DNA of 64,000 nucleotides from contig NC_087251.1 in NCBI RefSeq assembly GCF_037042905.1, forward strand, positions 34,350,001-34,414,000, given 5' to 3'. Positions 24,815 through 57,480 of this stretch are shown here, piece by piece (positions within the stretch are counted from its first letter, which is position 1; each line of letters starts with the position of its first letter). A program made the position numbers and the translations under genes. This stretch comes from Lytechinus pictus (lineage: Eukaryota). The notes below the pieces were generated by a model that was given only the letters and a program-made list of their open reading frames with translations, ran no database searches and was not told the DNA's origin.

Positions 24815-26099
24815 ATTTGAGGGATAGGTGATGTAACCTTTTTGCTGCCCCCTGTCAAATATTCCCCAACAAACACAAATCCAAAAATCTATATGTTTGA
24901 CATAAATTCGATCTTTGTGATGCGTGCATTGTGTATAGTACGAAGGCATTTTTCATTCAGAATATTTAAATAAATTCTAAAAGGAGTCAAAAGGCCCAGG
25001 ACTCATTCTGAAGACGTTTTAAGATCGAACAGTATCGCTATGTCTAAAAGTAGTCCTCATCACGGGGTCCTTATATACGAATAAAATGTGATATAGATTG
25101 TAATCTAGCAGAAGTCTAGAATTTATTCCTGCCGGTACCAATTTACACCTCCATTGGTAGAAATTCGGTAAAAAATATCAATATCTTGCTCGTGAGTCTC
25201 GAATCCTAAACCTGGTGATTCCAAATCGAGGGACACATCCCAATCATGGCGTGTTTCCTCAAGAAAGAAATTAAGCTAAATTGTGCTGCACTCGACCCAG
25301 GATAGGTGAATGGATTAATTAGGATTGATGCTTTAAATGCACTGAGCGCTGTTGATAAAGTGAAATTGAAAATTGAAAATGGAATTTTTCAATTTGAAAT
25401 TGAAAAATTTAAAGCAGTGGTAGATCGAATTATAGACGGATTAGTAATAGTTGCGCTTTTAATCATCTGGCAAAAGCGCTATCTAAATACAGATACAATC
25501 ATTATTATTATTCACTTCATGTATACCTCCGCACAATAATAAGGTGTAAATAACAAGGGAAACGTCACCAAGACAGGACAATACTTTTTTTTAAAAATCG
25601 GATAAATAAGCAATTTACCAGATAGTCAATTTCTTACTCAGATGAGCCCATTTTTAATGTTCATAGCACGCACTTAAAGTGGATATTGAAATGAATGGAA
25701 ATCGATTTGAAGAAATCAGGAGTGTTGTCAGAGGATTGTGATCAAGGTTAGTGGCAGATTGATTCCCATGTATAGAAGATGATTCCACTCTCATCATGCA
25801 TGTAGTGGAAAGAAATCAATGACATCACAAATCCAGTCACGTTTATGTTTGCTTCGGGTCAGTGAATAACAACGTTTTAAAGATAAAAGGCCCAAAATTT
25901 GTTTCACTGTTGCTGATATATGAAAGAATTTGATCAGCCAGCAAATCCTATACAAAATGATTATTTCTTGCTCATTTGTCACTTGCCGCTTGAATGAGGG
26001 GGGCCACTGAGCCTGACACCCCCCCCCCCCCCTTCTGGCGCATATGACGATTGGCGGCGATCCTGGGTGAGGGGGAACTTGTTCCCCTTCGATTTCTAT

Positions 26100-26182
26100 T
26101 ACTTCTACTACTACTTCTACTACTACTACTTCTACTACTACTACTTCTACTACTACTACTACTAATGCCACTACTACTAATG

Positions 26183-26214
<32 letters not shown>

Positions 26215-26240
26215 GTTGCTGCTGCTGCTAACTACTATAG
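26100..26240. repeat. (CTA)n microsatellite
   Basis: Seen directly; it explains the poly-Leu and poly-Val ORFs. Confidence 0.92.
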
Positions 26241-26243
26241 TCT

Positions 26244-28150
26244 AGGGTAGGCCCCGTAAAAGGTGGACAAAACCTTACTTTTTATATATACAATGTTTTT
26301 TATGGTTTCTTGTCAATTCGAGGGTGCTGATTCCGAATCTGAATGATGCCACTTGTGTAACCTTGTGCATTTTCCGCAAATTGACCAAATCTAAAGTGGC
26401 CGCCAAAATATGCAAATTACCCATAGAAATCATAAAATATTGCTAACACATTGATAATTAAATGATTGTATTTGTGTTGCAGGAGTGAAATACTCTCTGA
26501 AAACATGATTTTGACAAAATATTTGTTTTCTTAATATTCGAACTGGCCGCCATAAACCATGTATTATGCAGTAAAATATAAATATGGGGAAAATAATCTT
26601 TAAAAAAAAGAAAAAAAAGGGCAATTAAGTGAATGTGATCGTAATTTATGAGTAGATTACTGTCTGAAAACATGATTACTAACAAAGTATGTATTTCTTA
26701 TTACACTGTATTTTGATATTCAAGGTGGCTGCCGGGTGGCTGCCATAATCCCCTGATACAAATGTACAATTTAAAAGACTTATATTTTTGACATTTTGGA
26801 TTTGCTTGACTATGAAAATGAAATGCCTATTATTGTCCGACAATATGATTTCTAATGAGATATATCATTTCTTTTGCCATGTAAGTAATTAATGCTGTAT
26901 TATGAAATTCAAAATGGCCGCCATAGGCCCTATCTGTATTATATACAATGCAAATGGGAAACTAATTTTTACCAGAGGAAGAACCATCAAATACTTGTAA
27001 TTGTGATCTACGAGTAAAATATTGTCTGAAAACATGCTTTCTAGCAAACAACTATTATTTCTTTTGTCATGAGATAACTGCTGTATTTTGAAATTCAAAA
27101 TGGCCGCCTTAGGCACTAACAGTATAATGTACAATGAAAGTGGGGACAGAAAAGTTTGACAGAATTTGGATTTGTTTGACTACGAAATGCTTATATTGTG
27201 TTGAATGAGTGAAATATTGTCTGAATTTTTAAAAAATGAAATATGGCATTTATTTGCCATGTAGGTGATAGCCTTTTGTCGAGGCCCTGGCGGCTGCTTC
27301 CCGAGCGAAGCGAGGGATTTCCTAATTCGCGAAGCGAATTGGGCCTCTCTCCCTTGCTTAGCCATGTTCGCTCGGAAAGCAGCCGACAGGGCCTTGACAA
27401 GAGGCTATGTAGGTGACAGATACTGTATTTTGGAATTCAAAATGGCCGCCACGAGCCCTAACTGAATTATGTAACATGCGAATAGATAATTTTCACAAGA
27501 GTGAGAACCATTAAATGCACATGACAGTGATTTATTAGTAAATATTGTCTGAAAACATGATTTCTAACTAAATATGTGAACAATTGGTCATGTAGGTAAT
27601 AAATGCTGTACTTTGAAATTCAAATTGGCCGCCAGACCCTAAAGCCATTATCGTATTTTGTACAATTTGAATGGGGACCAAAAAAATCACAAAAGGGCAT
27701 ATGGCGGCCATTTTTTTATTTTAAAATGCAGCATTTCTCCCCTAATTGACATAAAATATGTATTTCGTTAGAAATATTCTTTCAGACATTATTTCACTCA
27801 TACCACATAATTTATATAAAGCAAAGCCAAATATTTGTCCCCATTCACATTGTACATTATACTGTTAGGGCTTTGGCGGCCATTTTGAATATCAAAATAC
27901 AACATTTATCACATAAATGACATTAGAAAATAATGTATTTCGTTCACAATTATGTTTTTTGTCAGAATTCCACTCGTTTATTGCTTCATCTTGTGATATT
28001 TTTTATCCCCATCCCCATTGTACATTGTACTGTTAGGGCCAACAGCGGCTAATTTGAAGATCAAAATAGAGCATTTATCACATAAATGACATAAGATATT
28101 TCGCTAGTTATTATGTTTTCAGACATTACTTCGTTCATAGATTAAAATTA
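26244..28150. mobile_element. DNA transposon relic built from ~150-190-bp units carrying AAAATGGCCGCC
   Basis: The motif is forward near 26396, 26544, 26912, 27097, 27439 and 27622, and reversed near 27702, 27874 and 28046. Boundaries are approximate. Confidence 0.7.
27269..27407. mobile_element. 139-bp Academ(H)-type MITE
   Basis: TAGCC...GGCTA ends, a ~41-bp TIR with 4 mismatches, and a perfect 9-bp TSD TGTAGGTGA (27260-27268 and 27408-27416). Confidence 0.85.
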
Positions 28151-30639
28151 CTTGCAGGTTGAATAAATAATACTGTTAGAAAAGATAAGACTTCAGTTTA
28201 GATTTGAAGGTCTCCAGTGATGGTATAATTGTTAAATTCAACGGCAAAATTTTCCAGTGAGAAAGTGCTGAGGCAGAGAAAGCTTGTATACAAGAGAAAA
28301 ATTTGGGATACAAGAGAAAAAATACAAAAGAAAAATTGGGGATATGACGTCATAAGTTTGCTCGTTAAATTCATGGTAAACTTTATTTCCAAATCTATTC
28401 AAAGCATTCGATGATAACAATCACGAATAAACTATTTTTGTACAATAATATATTAACCTATAATAATATAATAATATATTAACCTATAGGTTAATTAAAA
28501 AACAAAAATACAATTTAACACAAGAAAATGCAGCGCATTTCACTTGGAAAATGGTGTATGGGAAAAGGCAAGGTATATGTCCTGTCTAAAATACACCAAA
28601 GAGATGAATAATCAAAGAAATTGAAGCAACCAGTAATATAAAAAACAAGACATCAAATGCCCCAAAATAAACATTGATATACAAACAAGACGGAAAAGAG
28701 GAAAATCAAAGAATTATTACATTGAAAGGTTAATGTAGGCCTATTTAATTATGTTTATGAATTTCATAAAATATATATAGCGCCAATATGACGCAGACTT
28801 TGTTTACTTCTATTATTACATTTCCACCTATGGAATTTATGACGAGATCTGGTATTGTAGTATGGATTTCAGAATTGAAGAAAACATGTTCATAATATAT
28901 AGAGACAGCTTTTGTCAATTGAATCGTTGCATAAAAGAAAAAAATTTGTAATTCATTAATATCTTATAATTGTATGATGGTTCTTATACGTTTGAATAAA
29001 GGGTGTGTGTTTGTGCTAAATAGTTTGATTTTGTACTGATTCTAATGGCTCTTTTCTGTAATTTTAAAAGCCCCTTGGCCCTTTTATTATCATTATTTCC
29101 CCAAATTGAGTTACATCAGTTGGGGAATATGCATTATACAATTGATATTAAATATTAAAAGTTATTTTCATACTTAAAGCGTTTCATATTAACAATATAT
29201 TTTGAAAATTTTCTCGATATGTTATATGTTAATTTCTATTAAAAAATCAATCAAGAGTTACTCCAAAAAATGTCAACGTATATCATTTTTATATTGATTT
29301 TCAACACACACATGTAATTATTCTGAAGAGTTTTCTTTTTTTTTTAAATGCAGTTTGTCTTATTTACATTTACAGACAATTTATTGCACCTTAACCATAT
29401 TGCATCTTTTGAAAGAATAAATCAGCATTTGCACATTCATTAAAGTTTTTATTGGAGGCAAGAAGAGTATATGTCATCAGCATACAAAATAAAATAAAAA
29501 TAATGGTAAGAATTGAAAATATCAAATAAAAAACGAAAAGGATCCCTGGGCCACGCCAGTATCGATTGATTTTAAAATCAGTTAAAATGAATTAAAAATA
29601 GTGAATTGCTTTTGTACGACAAAGTTTAAATCGTTAAAAAAAACCACCTCTGACAACACTAGTAGGCCTAAAAGTGTAGTTTCTTTAAATATTGATACAA
29701 AAGTGTGTCTTTGAATATTCATGAAGACATGCATAGAACTGTTTCCTGAAAAATGTAACTTTGTTATTCCTTGTCTGATTCTGATAATGTTCAGTGTTTT
29801 GTTTGTCTGATTTTCTTCATCTGTCAAAAACACAATTCTCAGCCGGGAGTACCTAAACTGGGCTTCCTCCGCTCCAGTAGACCTATACAGGACGGATGCG
29901 GTGCCCTTAAAGTTGTATGCCGGGGTTCTATGTTTATCATCAATAAAGCTAATTGAATCAGAATGATTTCCATTATCTTTTTAGCGTACTCGATCTCTCA
30001 ACATTTTCAGATTTTGATTCTGTAAAATTTCTATCTGTAGAGAGTTGGCTGTGGAGTTCTTGAAATGACAGTTCATTATGAGTTCAAGCCAGCCTTCCAG
30101 GAAAACGATGACTAAATCGTGGGTGGCGCTATTCTCTTTTCCTTGAAATTCATGTGACTGAAGTAGCGGATTAATATATTTCCTACTACTTGTAATTTTG
30201 GCAATTCAGAGGAATAAAGTGCGTTATTGATCGTGAATGAATAGTGTTCATGTAAGTTATGATCATGACTTCAAGTAACAAAAATTCCTATAATTTTTTA
30301 TATTTCAAATAAAAAAAAGTATATGAAAACTCCGATTACTTCATGCTCGAAATCCCTCTTCCAAAACTAAATGGCACAAGGCTACCGTATCATTATGTTG
30401 ATCTTCAAAATAATCGATATTTTCAGTTAGATTCGCTCAATGACATAAATTTCCATTGTCTCTGCGTAATTGAGTCCCGAACTCAGTGGTTTTGGAAAGT
30501 TCAAACGCTTCATATTTATTCATTTTATTGGGTATCATCCCAGTTGTATTCTCATTAAATAAATCCGATGTTCATTTAACCGACTAAACGTCTTGAGATA
30601 AACTTCAAGTTAAAATGTTAGAGTGATGTAGTTGCCAAA

Positions 30640-30876
30640 AAGTGGTTCAGCTGTCGATACTCCGCAAAGCGAAGGCGGCCAAACCCAGGAACATCGTTTA
30701 CCGCCACGGCACGGCACCGGTACAACAGCGGCCGCTAGCTAAAAAGTAAGACTGGCTGCAGTTGGCCTGGCCTGGAACTAGCGGCCAGACTTTTTATTAG
30801 TCTCTTTCCGCCTAACGTTAGTTGTAGTTTCTACATCTACTTTTGAGCCAGTGGTTTGTTACAAGATCAGCGAAAA
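30640..30876 (+). promoter_or_regulatory. CpG-rich promoter/5' UTR region of poly(A) polymerase
   Basis: Local GC/CpG enrichment directly upstream of the ATG at 30877, against an AT-rich background. Confidence 0.5.
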
Positions 30877-49052
<18,176 letters not shown>

Positions 49053-52000
49053 ACAGAGCTTGCAGAATGTGGCTCAGGGTCACGTGGCCTTGATCCTTGA
49101 AGCTTCACGAATGATGATGTTATGATGATGTCCCGAATTTCCTCCGGTCACTCCTGGCAGTCAGTGAGGAAATAAGGTAAGACATCTGCACGTCGATCGC
49201 TAATTCTCAGAGGAATTCAGATGATGATTTTTTTTTAGAGAGAGGAGAACAAACACACAAAAAAGAATCACCAAAGAATATGCTGGAGATGAATATGATA
49301 TGCATCCAATGAGGAAGGAGCGCGACTGTACAAAGTGATTTGTACCTACATAGGAATATAGTATTCTTTATAGACCTCATGTAATTTATATTTCTAGGAT
49401 GAGATAGAAAAGAAACCAATTGATTATTGTTGATCATTTTTTTGTTCGTATTTCAGTTATGTGATGATATCTGTGAAGGAATTTTGATATTGACTTAATA
49501 AAAATGGGTATTGTTAACCGGAAAGATGGTACCTGTGGAGTTTGTTCCATTTCCTAAAGGTGTGTTTTCACCAGCATGAGAGCATCAAGGATGTCATTTG
49601 GATGTGAATGTAGGGAAAACAAAAATTCAATCCATTCTTCATATTCTATGCATTGAAAGTTAGCCAAACTTGCACCCTTGTTTTCAGTTGTTATCAGAAT
49701 GCTTGTGGGAAACATTTGCTTACAACATTTTATGGCAATGATTCAGAGAGAATGCTATTCATGTTCCTCACATAAGTCTGCCATAATCAGGTAGGGGTAG
49801 TATTCACTTTCAGTGATATGTCAAGGCTTTTCCAAATTCTTCCAAGTTAAACATGAATGATTGGATCCTTTGATTTTCAAACCACCAATGCCAGTTTTGT
49901 GCATTTCAGTTCATAAAGTGGAACTGATCGATTTTCTTTTTTTTTCTCCAACATTCACATCCTTTGCAAATGCTTGCATGCCTTAGAAAACACACTTTTA
50001 TTGGTTTGTCTTGTAAATGTAAACAGGAAGTGTATTGTTAGTAGCAATACGGTATTATCAAAAGAATGTTGTTAAAAAATCATCCATAGTTTTAAAAAAA
50101 AAGTGTACATGTACAACAATTTATGGTAGTATCGTTCATATATTGGAATATATTGTGTTGGCTGGTATCTCTGTATTATGGTTGTACATTTCCCCCCTCA
50201 ATTATTTAGGCCAAAATGTTATCTAAAAAGTGTGGTGTATGTACCCAGAAAATAATTATTATTTATGGAAAGGAACTATCGAAATTATGGTTTTCAGTGG
50301 AGGATCTAAGATGAGAATATAAGACATATCTCTTTTCTTTCAATGCTGCAAGACAATCTTTGTCATCAGAGAGGGGTAAGAAGAGAGTATATATCTAGAT
50401 GAATTAACCATAAATATTTTGAAAAATTTAGATTGAAAAAGGACTTATAAAATAAAATTTTCAGCACTATCTCTCTATTAGAAATGACACAGAGCGACAC
50501 AGTGTGAACACATGGTCATTGTGTTTAGCCTCTTGGTTGAACAAATTGACTTTGTTGAATTGAAGCATTCTTTATGTATGTGTTCACACTGTGTCCCTCT
50601 GTCTTATTTCCAGTAGGGCAGTTTCTGAAAAATACCTTTCTTTCATTTTTCGTCTGACCTTATATGATATGGGGCATGTAAAATCTTGGCATGCTCGTGG
50701 TTGGGGTAAGGTTAGGATAATATAGTATCTCCTTAAGTATAAAATATGTCTATTATCAGTGAAAAATTATCTTCCAAAACCTGCAGGCCTGTATGCATAG
50801 AGCATACACTTATCAAGTAAAAATATACTTGATTTCGTCACATAAATAGGTTCACTTAAATTTATCATGTGTGGAGTGTGAGAGAATGAATGCTGACATT
50901 GTTGCTGCGTGCTCTGTTTATATAGCAATGAAACATGAACAGAGTTTCTTGGAAAGTCTTGCTGACAAGAAATCTAAAACATTGATGTGCTTAGCAGAGA
51001 AAAGACAGAAAATGAAAAAAAATGTAGGACCAAGTATTTGAAAAGCAAAGAGACTGAAAGAGTGTGCAAAAGAGAGAATTGTATGTGTGTCTGTATGTCA
51101 TTTTAAATTCTTAATCCTTTAAAGAAAGAGTAACGCATTATTCTTCTATATAAAAAGAGAGCTCTTCACTTATTCTGTTTGTTATATGAGCCTGATTAGG
51201 TCTTTGCAAAACTATATTGACACTCTGAGAATCTGTTAATAATCAGGGCTGTGTGACATGAAGCTTAGCCATTGATCGTTTGTGATAGCTCTTCCCTCAG
51301 AGCTAATCATTATGGGCACATTGCTCTACAAAAAGGGCAGGGCCATTGGAGGGGTCAAAGGGGGTAACAACACCACCACCACCCCCCCCCCCCCCCCCAT
51401 GAGATTTAAAAGGAACTGATGAAAAAGAGGCTCAAAGGGGAATGACTCGAGTATTGCGAAGAGTGTACTTGATTTTGTAACTATTTAATACCTGTAAGTT
51501 TTTTGTTTAAAAACACAAACAAGTTATTTTTTAGGTCACCTTGTACCCCAACCCCCCATTAAAATACCCTGGTCCTGCCCCTACTCAGAATTAAGCTTTC
51601 CATGGAAGTTAGTATTGATGTCAGTTATACTATCAATGTTCGTTGTGTACCCTAATCAGGGCCCTGTCTTACAAAGAGTTACAATTGATCTGTTACAATT
51701 GATCTAATCAATTGTAACTACGGAAATCCATCAGTGGCATAATGTCCTTTGTAAACTAAGGAGAACACACCGAACTTTCAAGGAATTTATGGACATACAT
51801 TCATATCTAGAAATTTTTTTGAGCAAACATGCAATGTATATGTTGACTTTGCTGGCTTTCCATAGTTGCGAGTGATCGTATCAATCGCAACTATTTGTAA
51901 GACGGGCCCCTGTACCGTCTATTCCTCATCCTGATAATCTTTCATGTAAACCAACACTTTGTTTTACTGGTATGGTACTTGACATTGCTCTCAAACCAAC

Positions 52001-55000
52001 CTAACCTATTGATAACATTAGTAAGAGGATACACATGCACGTAATGTGAGATGAGTGTTTTTGTATGTTGTTAAATCCTGTTCATTTACCAGCATTCATT
52101 TGCATGTTGATACTTAACCTTTCATAAATTCACTTGGGCATGGAATATAGGTTCATAAGATAAGCACAAACTTAAAATTGAGTTTGGTTTTTTTTTCTTA
52201 GCTTTTGCACTCTTCATGTATTGATATAATTTATATCATATCAAATGCAGTTTTATTTATTTCAACCTTCATCTTTAATGGTTAAGACCATCAAACTAAG
52301 ACATATACAGTATGTCATTTATACAATGATAAGACACAATGATGATAGCTTATAAAAAGGGGCGAACAAGTTGAAATAACCAGAATTTTGACCAAATTAC
52401 CTTTAGGCAGAATATCATAGGTTAAAATTTTTTACTGCATGTTGCTCTTCTAAGGCTGTCATGTTAGAAATATGACAAGAATGTCAGCCAGATGCATATG
52501 TTGTTCCATACACATGTTTATTTGGTAAAAAAAATACACTGCAAATGCTTTTGTGAACAACTTATTTATTTATCAATTCCATTAACATAGGTTTTGACCT
52601 TGCAGCTAATTTACATGGATTAAAAATGATGTAAAATTATGAAAAATATATATTATCACTGTCAGGATCTCTTTTACATCACAGTGCACTAGTGCAGGAG
52701 GGAATATGTATATCATTGCTGCACTATATAACTTTTCTAATCATTATGATTATTATTGTTGTTTAATTTATGCTGCTTGCCGTTGCTGTCGTGCATGAGT
52801 GTTTATCATCATATAACCCTTTGCATGGCTGCCATTCCTCCATCCCGACCAAATGCAACATCTTCAGCTGTAAACCGAAGAAGCATTGGATAAGGGTCCT
52901 GTTGCAGGAATGTTACTATTACTTTGCCATCCAATGGTAACTACCCTGGAAACGACACTAAACAGCTTAACAGAATCAAGGATTCCAATAAAGATACCGT
53001 TGGATAACAAAGTTAATATAATAGTAGCTTTTATGCAATGGGGCCCGGAAGATCATTTCATAAAACTGTTTGTTGTATGACTTTGCACACAACTGGTGAC
53101 TGTTTTTTTGTGCTAAAATATATATCCATGGAGATAGAAGCTTGTATCTCCATGATATATCCCTATGTAGCTAATTTAGCACATAAGAACATGTTCCAGC
53201 CAAACATTAAGTTGTGTGTGTTAGTTTTGCATAAAGTTGTGCATAACTCTACAAACCGCTTTATGAAACACTACCCAGAATGTACATACTTCATCAGGGA
53301 TCTAATTCATGGAGCTTATATTGATAACAATAGCAAGACATTTTATGACATATTTGCTGTTGAGACCAATCAAAATGCAGGATGCAAATGGGTTGCTTTT
53401 AAAAGTAGCTACTTGTGAAATAGGTTCCACGTTGTGGAGAGGTCAATGCACTCTGTAACCTACATATTTCTATGTTCATGAATATGGTCAGGCATTATTG
53501 TCATTGAAAAGTCATATGTACTGTGGGAAGTGAAATGAAAAATGGCTGTTATTATCATAAAGATATACTGTTGCCTTTTTGTCTTATTTCACTCAGCAGA
53601 AATGAATACAGAATGAAGAGAAATCAACAATATTCCTTGACATTCTTGCATCTGTCTGTGATGAGTGCATGACTGAATGCTTCAGAATGTATTTTCTTAT
53701 TGCATGTTGCTTTGGATGAATGAACTTAATTGATATAACTCTAATGTGACATTAATGATAGGTCCAGTTTTATCAGAGGATATATATACTATAAAGGGGA
53801 TATGATTTGCATCCATTTATTTGATATCAGAAATATTTCAACAATTAGAGATAACTTTTTAGAGATAGCTTTCTCATTTGGTGATAATGTGCTCTTGCAC
53901 TATCATGCCATGTAGACCATTTATATAATGCAGTTTGAGTTCATTTTGTTATCTTTTATAATGTTGAAAGTCTGTGAGTTGTATAAGCATACTTGAATTT
54001 AGAATGCATTGTAAACCAGGGAGCTTGTTTCACAAAGCTGTTATGAATGATCGGTCACATGCTTTGCATGTAACTATCAAACAGATTTATGAAACAGGAC
54101 CAAGGCTTACAGTATATTGGTGATAAGCATTACAAATAAATGCAAAAATCACTCAAACACATCACCATAATTTTAGATTTTCCTGATTTTATTAAGTCAA
54201 AGTGAGACGATAGTAAGAGTTATAATATGTTACCTATGAACAAATACATGTACTTATTTCTTTTCTATTTTATTTATTCAATTTTTAGAGTCAATATTCA
54301 GGAGAAAGTCTTGACCACAATGATAAAAATTAAGAGTTGATTGCTGAAAAGTGTAAATTGATTGTACATTATTTTACTTTCTGCAGGAATGTGAAAATAA
54401 AAGTGGAACATAATATTAAAACAAAATAGATTTAGAACTGTTGAAAATATACAACACATGAAGTCACTATAGTGTATCAAAAATTTCATTTTTGGGGGGT
54501 CTTTTTTATAGGTTAGTGTCTCCATTCCAACAAATGTGCATTAAATCAATGAAAAATATTTGTCTGGCTTAGAAATTCAGATATTACAACCCATGTTAAG
54601 ATTACTACTCACGTAGAAAAGTATGTTGTTTTTATTATTGGATAAGTTGATGAAATTAAGATGTCTAAAAAAGTAGGATTACTCGTGGACAATGCAGAAT
54701 TCCTTAAACCTGACATAAAGTTATAGTTGTGCACAATATCAGGTAATCACAAATATATTCTAAATCTATTTAAAATAACCTTTCAAAACCCAATGAAACA
54801 TCTGTTTGACCAGTATCAACATAGATAGACATTTACTTGTAATGTAAATGAATACAAGTGGTCTACAAGTCTTTTTTGGGGGGTAAAATTATGTTAATTT
54901 TTAGCAACTGCGTTAAAGTTATACCATTGTTAGAATTGGGAAGAAAATTATATACATATAATAAGCTTTTATATCAAAATAATGCCTGTTGCTTCTCACA

Positions 55001-56628
55001 CACAACACAATGTTGTGTGTTAACTCTTTATTTCCCTTCTTGTATGTAAGAATACAGACCAAGATATGTAAAGGTTATTGATGACAATAAGGAAAGAACA
55101 CAGAATCTGTTTGTAATTTGAGGGCCTTTGTCAGCAATTCAATCAATCAGTGACAGTTGACTCATATTTTCCTGGTACATGAAAAGATTTATTTTAAGGT
55201 CTACTTGCCTTATTTCATTCAAAGAATTTCACATAAAACTATAAGCTTTCATATATGCATTTTAGAACTGCATTTTAAACGATTAAACAAAGTCCTGTGT
55301 AAGTAATAGAAATTAGATGTTAGTAACCATATTTACTGCTTTTCTGTTGGGATTGTCAATGTATATTTTGGCATAAATCTCCATTGTACATGTATCTATT
55401 TGGTTTGTTTTGTTTTCATTGTGTACTCCTTTGTAGCTTTTGTTATTTATCATTATTAAAGGTGTGGTAAAAGAGTCTAGAAATTTGATATCCTCTGGAT
55501 ATTGTAGAATGCTATCAAAAGAATAGAAGTAAATATTCCAACTGATTACAGGTTTATTGTAATAACAATATTTCTATTGTAAATTCACCAATGTGCTTAT
55601 ACTTTGCCTGTGTATAGTTCATATGCTTTATACAAACTTAAATATCGGTCAGAACCAATAACTTAGTTTATTTCATACATTTTGATAAAATGAGAAGTAT
55701 TGTCTAATTATTGTTTTACATGTAGGTGCTGTGTTTGTGAGAATTTTGATGAAAGATAATTGATATTCTGACATAGCAAAAAGCATGACTTCAGGAAATA
55801 ATAAAAACAATATTCTGCTATTATCATTCTGTTATATGTACATTAAGCACTTAAAAACATTTGGAATGATGTATCTAAAATATTGTTTGTTATTTTCTTA
55901 TTTAGAAGCCCAAAAGCATGACTGACATGATTTTTTTTTTTACAGAAAATTGAATATTAATTGAATCAATGACCTTTATGATATATCCAAGCATATGATT
56001 ACAAAATGAAAAACTTTTGGTACAGTTGGTCAATATATAATACCCCTGACATTTTAACATTTCAAGTGATTCAGACAGCTTTATATAAAGTATTATATTT
56101 TTGCGTTCTAAATGTAAATACTATCAATTGTTTAATTTAAATCACTGAAATGTTATTTTTCCTCTAATAATACAAGGTGTGAATCAGCCTTTTAAAGGTT
56201 TTTTTTTTTTCTGTAGCGTTGTTTCTGTAGGAATCAAATATATGCCAGTATTTGAATTTAAGTAATTGTAAATCAATTGTTAGATTGATTTATTGTATTA
56301 GCAAATTTCTGCTCATTGTTTACAAACAGGGCATAGACCAGCCACTAGTTTGATATCTCTTACATTGTCTCGAGATTATTTTGTATTAGGAAAGCAAATG
56401 ACATGAATTATTAGGAAAAGGAGTGAAATGAACAATCCTCTTCCCTCTAGGCCCAACTTAACATTACTGTGTATTACTTAATTTATTATTTATAACTTGA
56501 GGGGATGATGATTTGTGGTATGAAACATTTGTTGGTATGTCATTAGTTTAGAAATTGTGGTTTTACACATTTGTTTAGGACCTGTCTTTAATTTGAATGC
56601 AAATGTTGGCCTTGTATGTATATTAAAG

Positions 56629-56634
56629 AATAAA
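56629..56634 (+). terminator. Candidate distal polyadenylation signal of PAP (would give a ~7.6-kb 3' UTR)
   Basis: AATAAA preceded by TGTATGTA and ATTAAA and followed by T/GT-rich sequence. Other AATAAA hexamers occur earlier in the region. Confidence 0.35.
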
Positions 56635-57317
56635 GATGCAACCTTTTGTGCCAGTTATGTTTTTGCTTCAGAAACTGAACAAATATGCATTGTTCCGAGT
56701 TGATAGGAACTTATATGTTGGTTTAGAAATATCTACAGATATTTTTAAACCAACATATAAGTTCCTATCAACTTTTGGTTTAAAAAAATGCATACAAAAT
56801 GAACTTGGATTTTTTTTTCAACACCAGTTGATCAGTTCATATTTTTTACCAACTTTGTGGTTGGTTAAAAGTAAATGTTAGAGTGAACATGATGACCATC
56901 ATACATTTCACTTTTTAGAAAGCCAGTAGTAAGGGAAATATTGTAATTAATGGAAGATGCACATTGTCACCTAAAAAATGTGCCCCATTAAGTCAGCAGA
57001 ATTTATTGTCTTTGTGTCTACAAATATGTGGTGATTATGCTTGGTCTTTTAGACATGACAGGTCATTGTGTATTGTCATTTGTAGTACAATAGTAAACTT
57101 CATATATGTAAAATGTTTCTTTAGTAGGCTTAAGGAGATGGCTATCAAAAATCTTTTTTTTGTGTGTAATGTGCATGTGTTTTATTTATGCTATGTTAGC
57201 ATATGCACAACAAATCATTATTATCACAGTGATGAAAATGTTTCACAAACATTAATCAATGAAATTGCGTATAACTGGCAGGTCGTACCGGATTCTTTTT
57301 CCATTTACTCTCTCAGA

Positions 57318-57480
57318 GGACATGTTGGCTCAGTGGTAGAGTACCCGCCTCGTGAACGTGAGGTCGTGGGTTCAATCCCTGGCCAAGCCATACCAAAAAC
57401 CTATAAAATGTGGGACCTTCTACCATATAGTCAGGCGCTCAGCCTAGAAGTCTGGCAATTTGGTTGCCTAGATCAACTTG
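57318..57480 (+). mobile_element. 5' part of a tRNA-derived SINE
   Basis: A box TGGCTCAGTGG and B box GGTTCAATCCC, followed by CATACCAAAAACCTATAAAATG instead of an acceptor stem and terminator. Confidence 0.7.

Noticed and set aside
25794..26245. Poly-Val and poly-Leu ORFs
   Set aside because: They are translations of the (CTA)n microsatellite.
57318..57395. Possible tRNA gene
   Set aside because: A and B boxes are present, but the acceptor stem pairs poorly and a SINE body follows instead of a T-run terminator.
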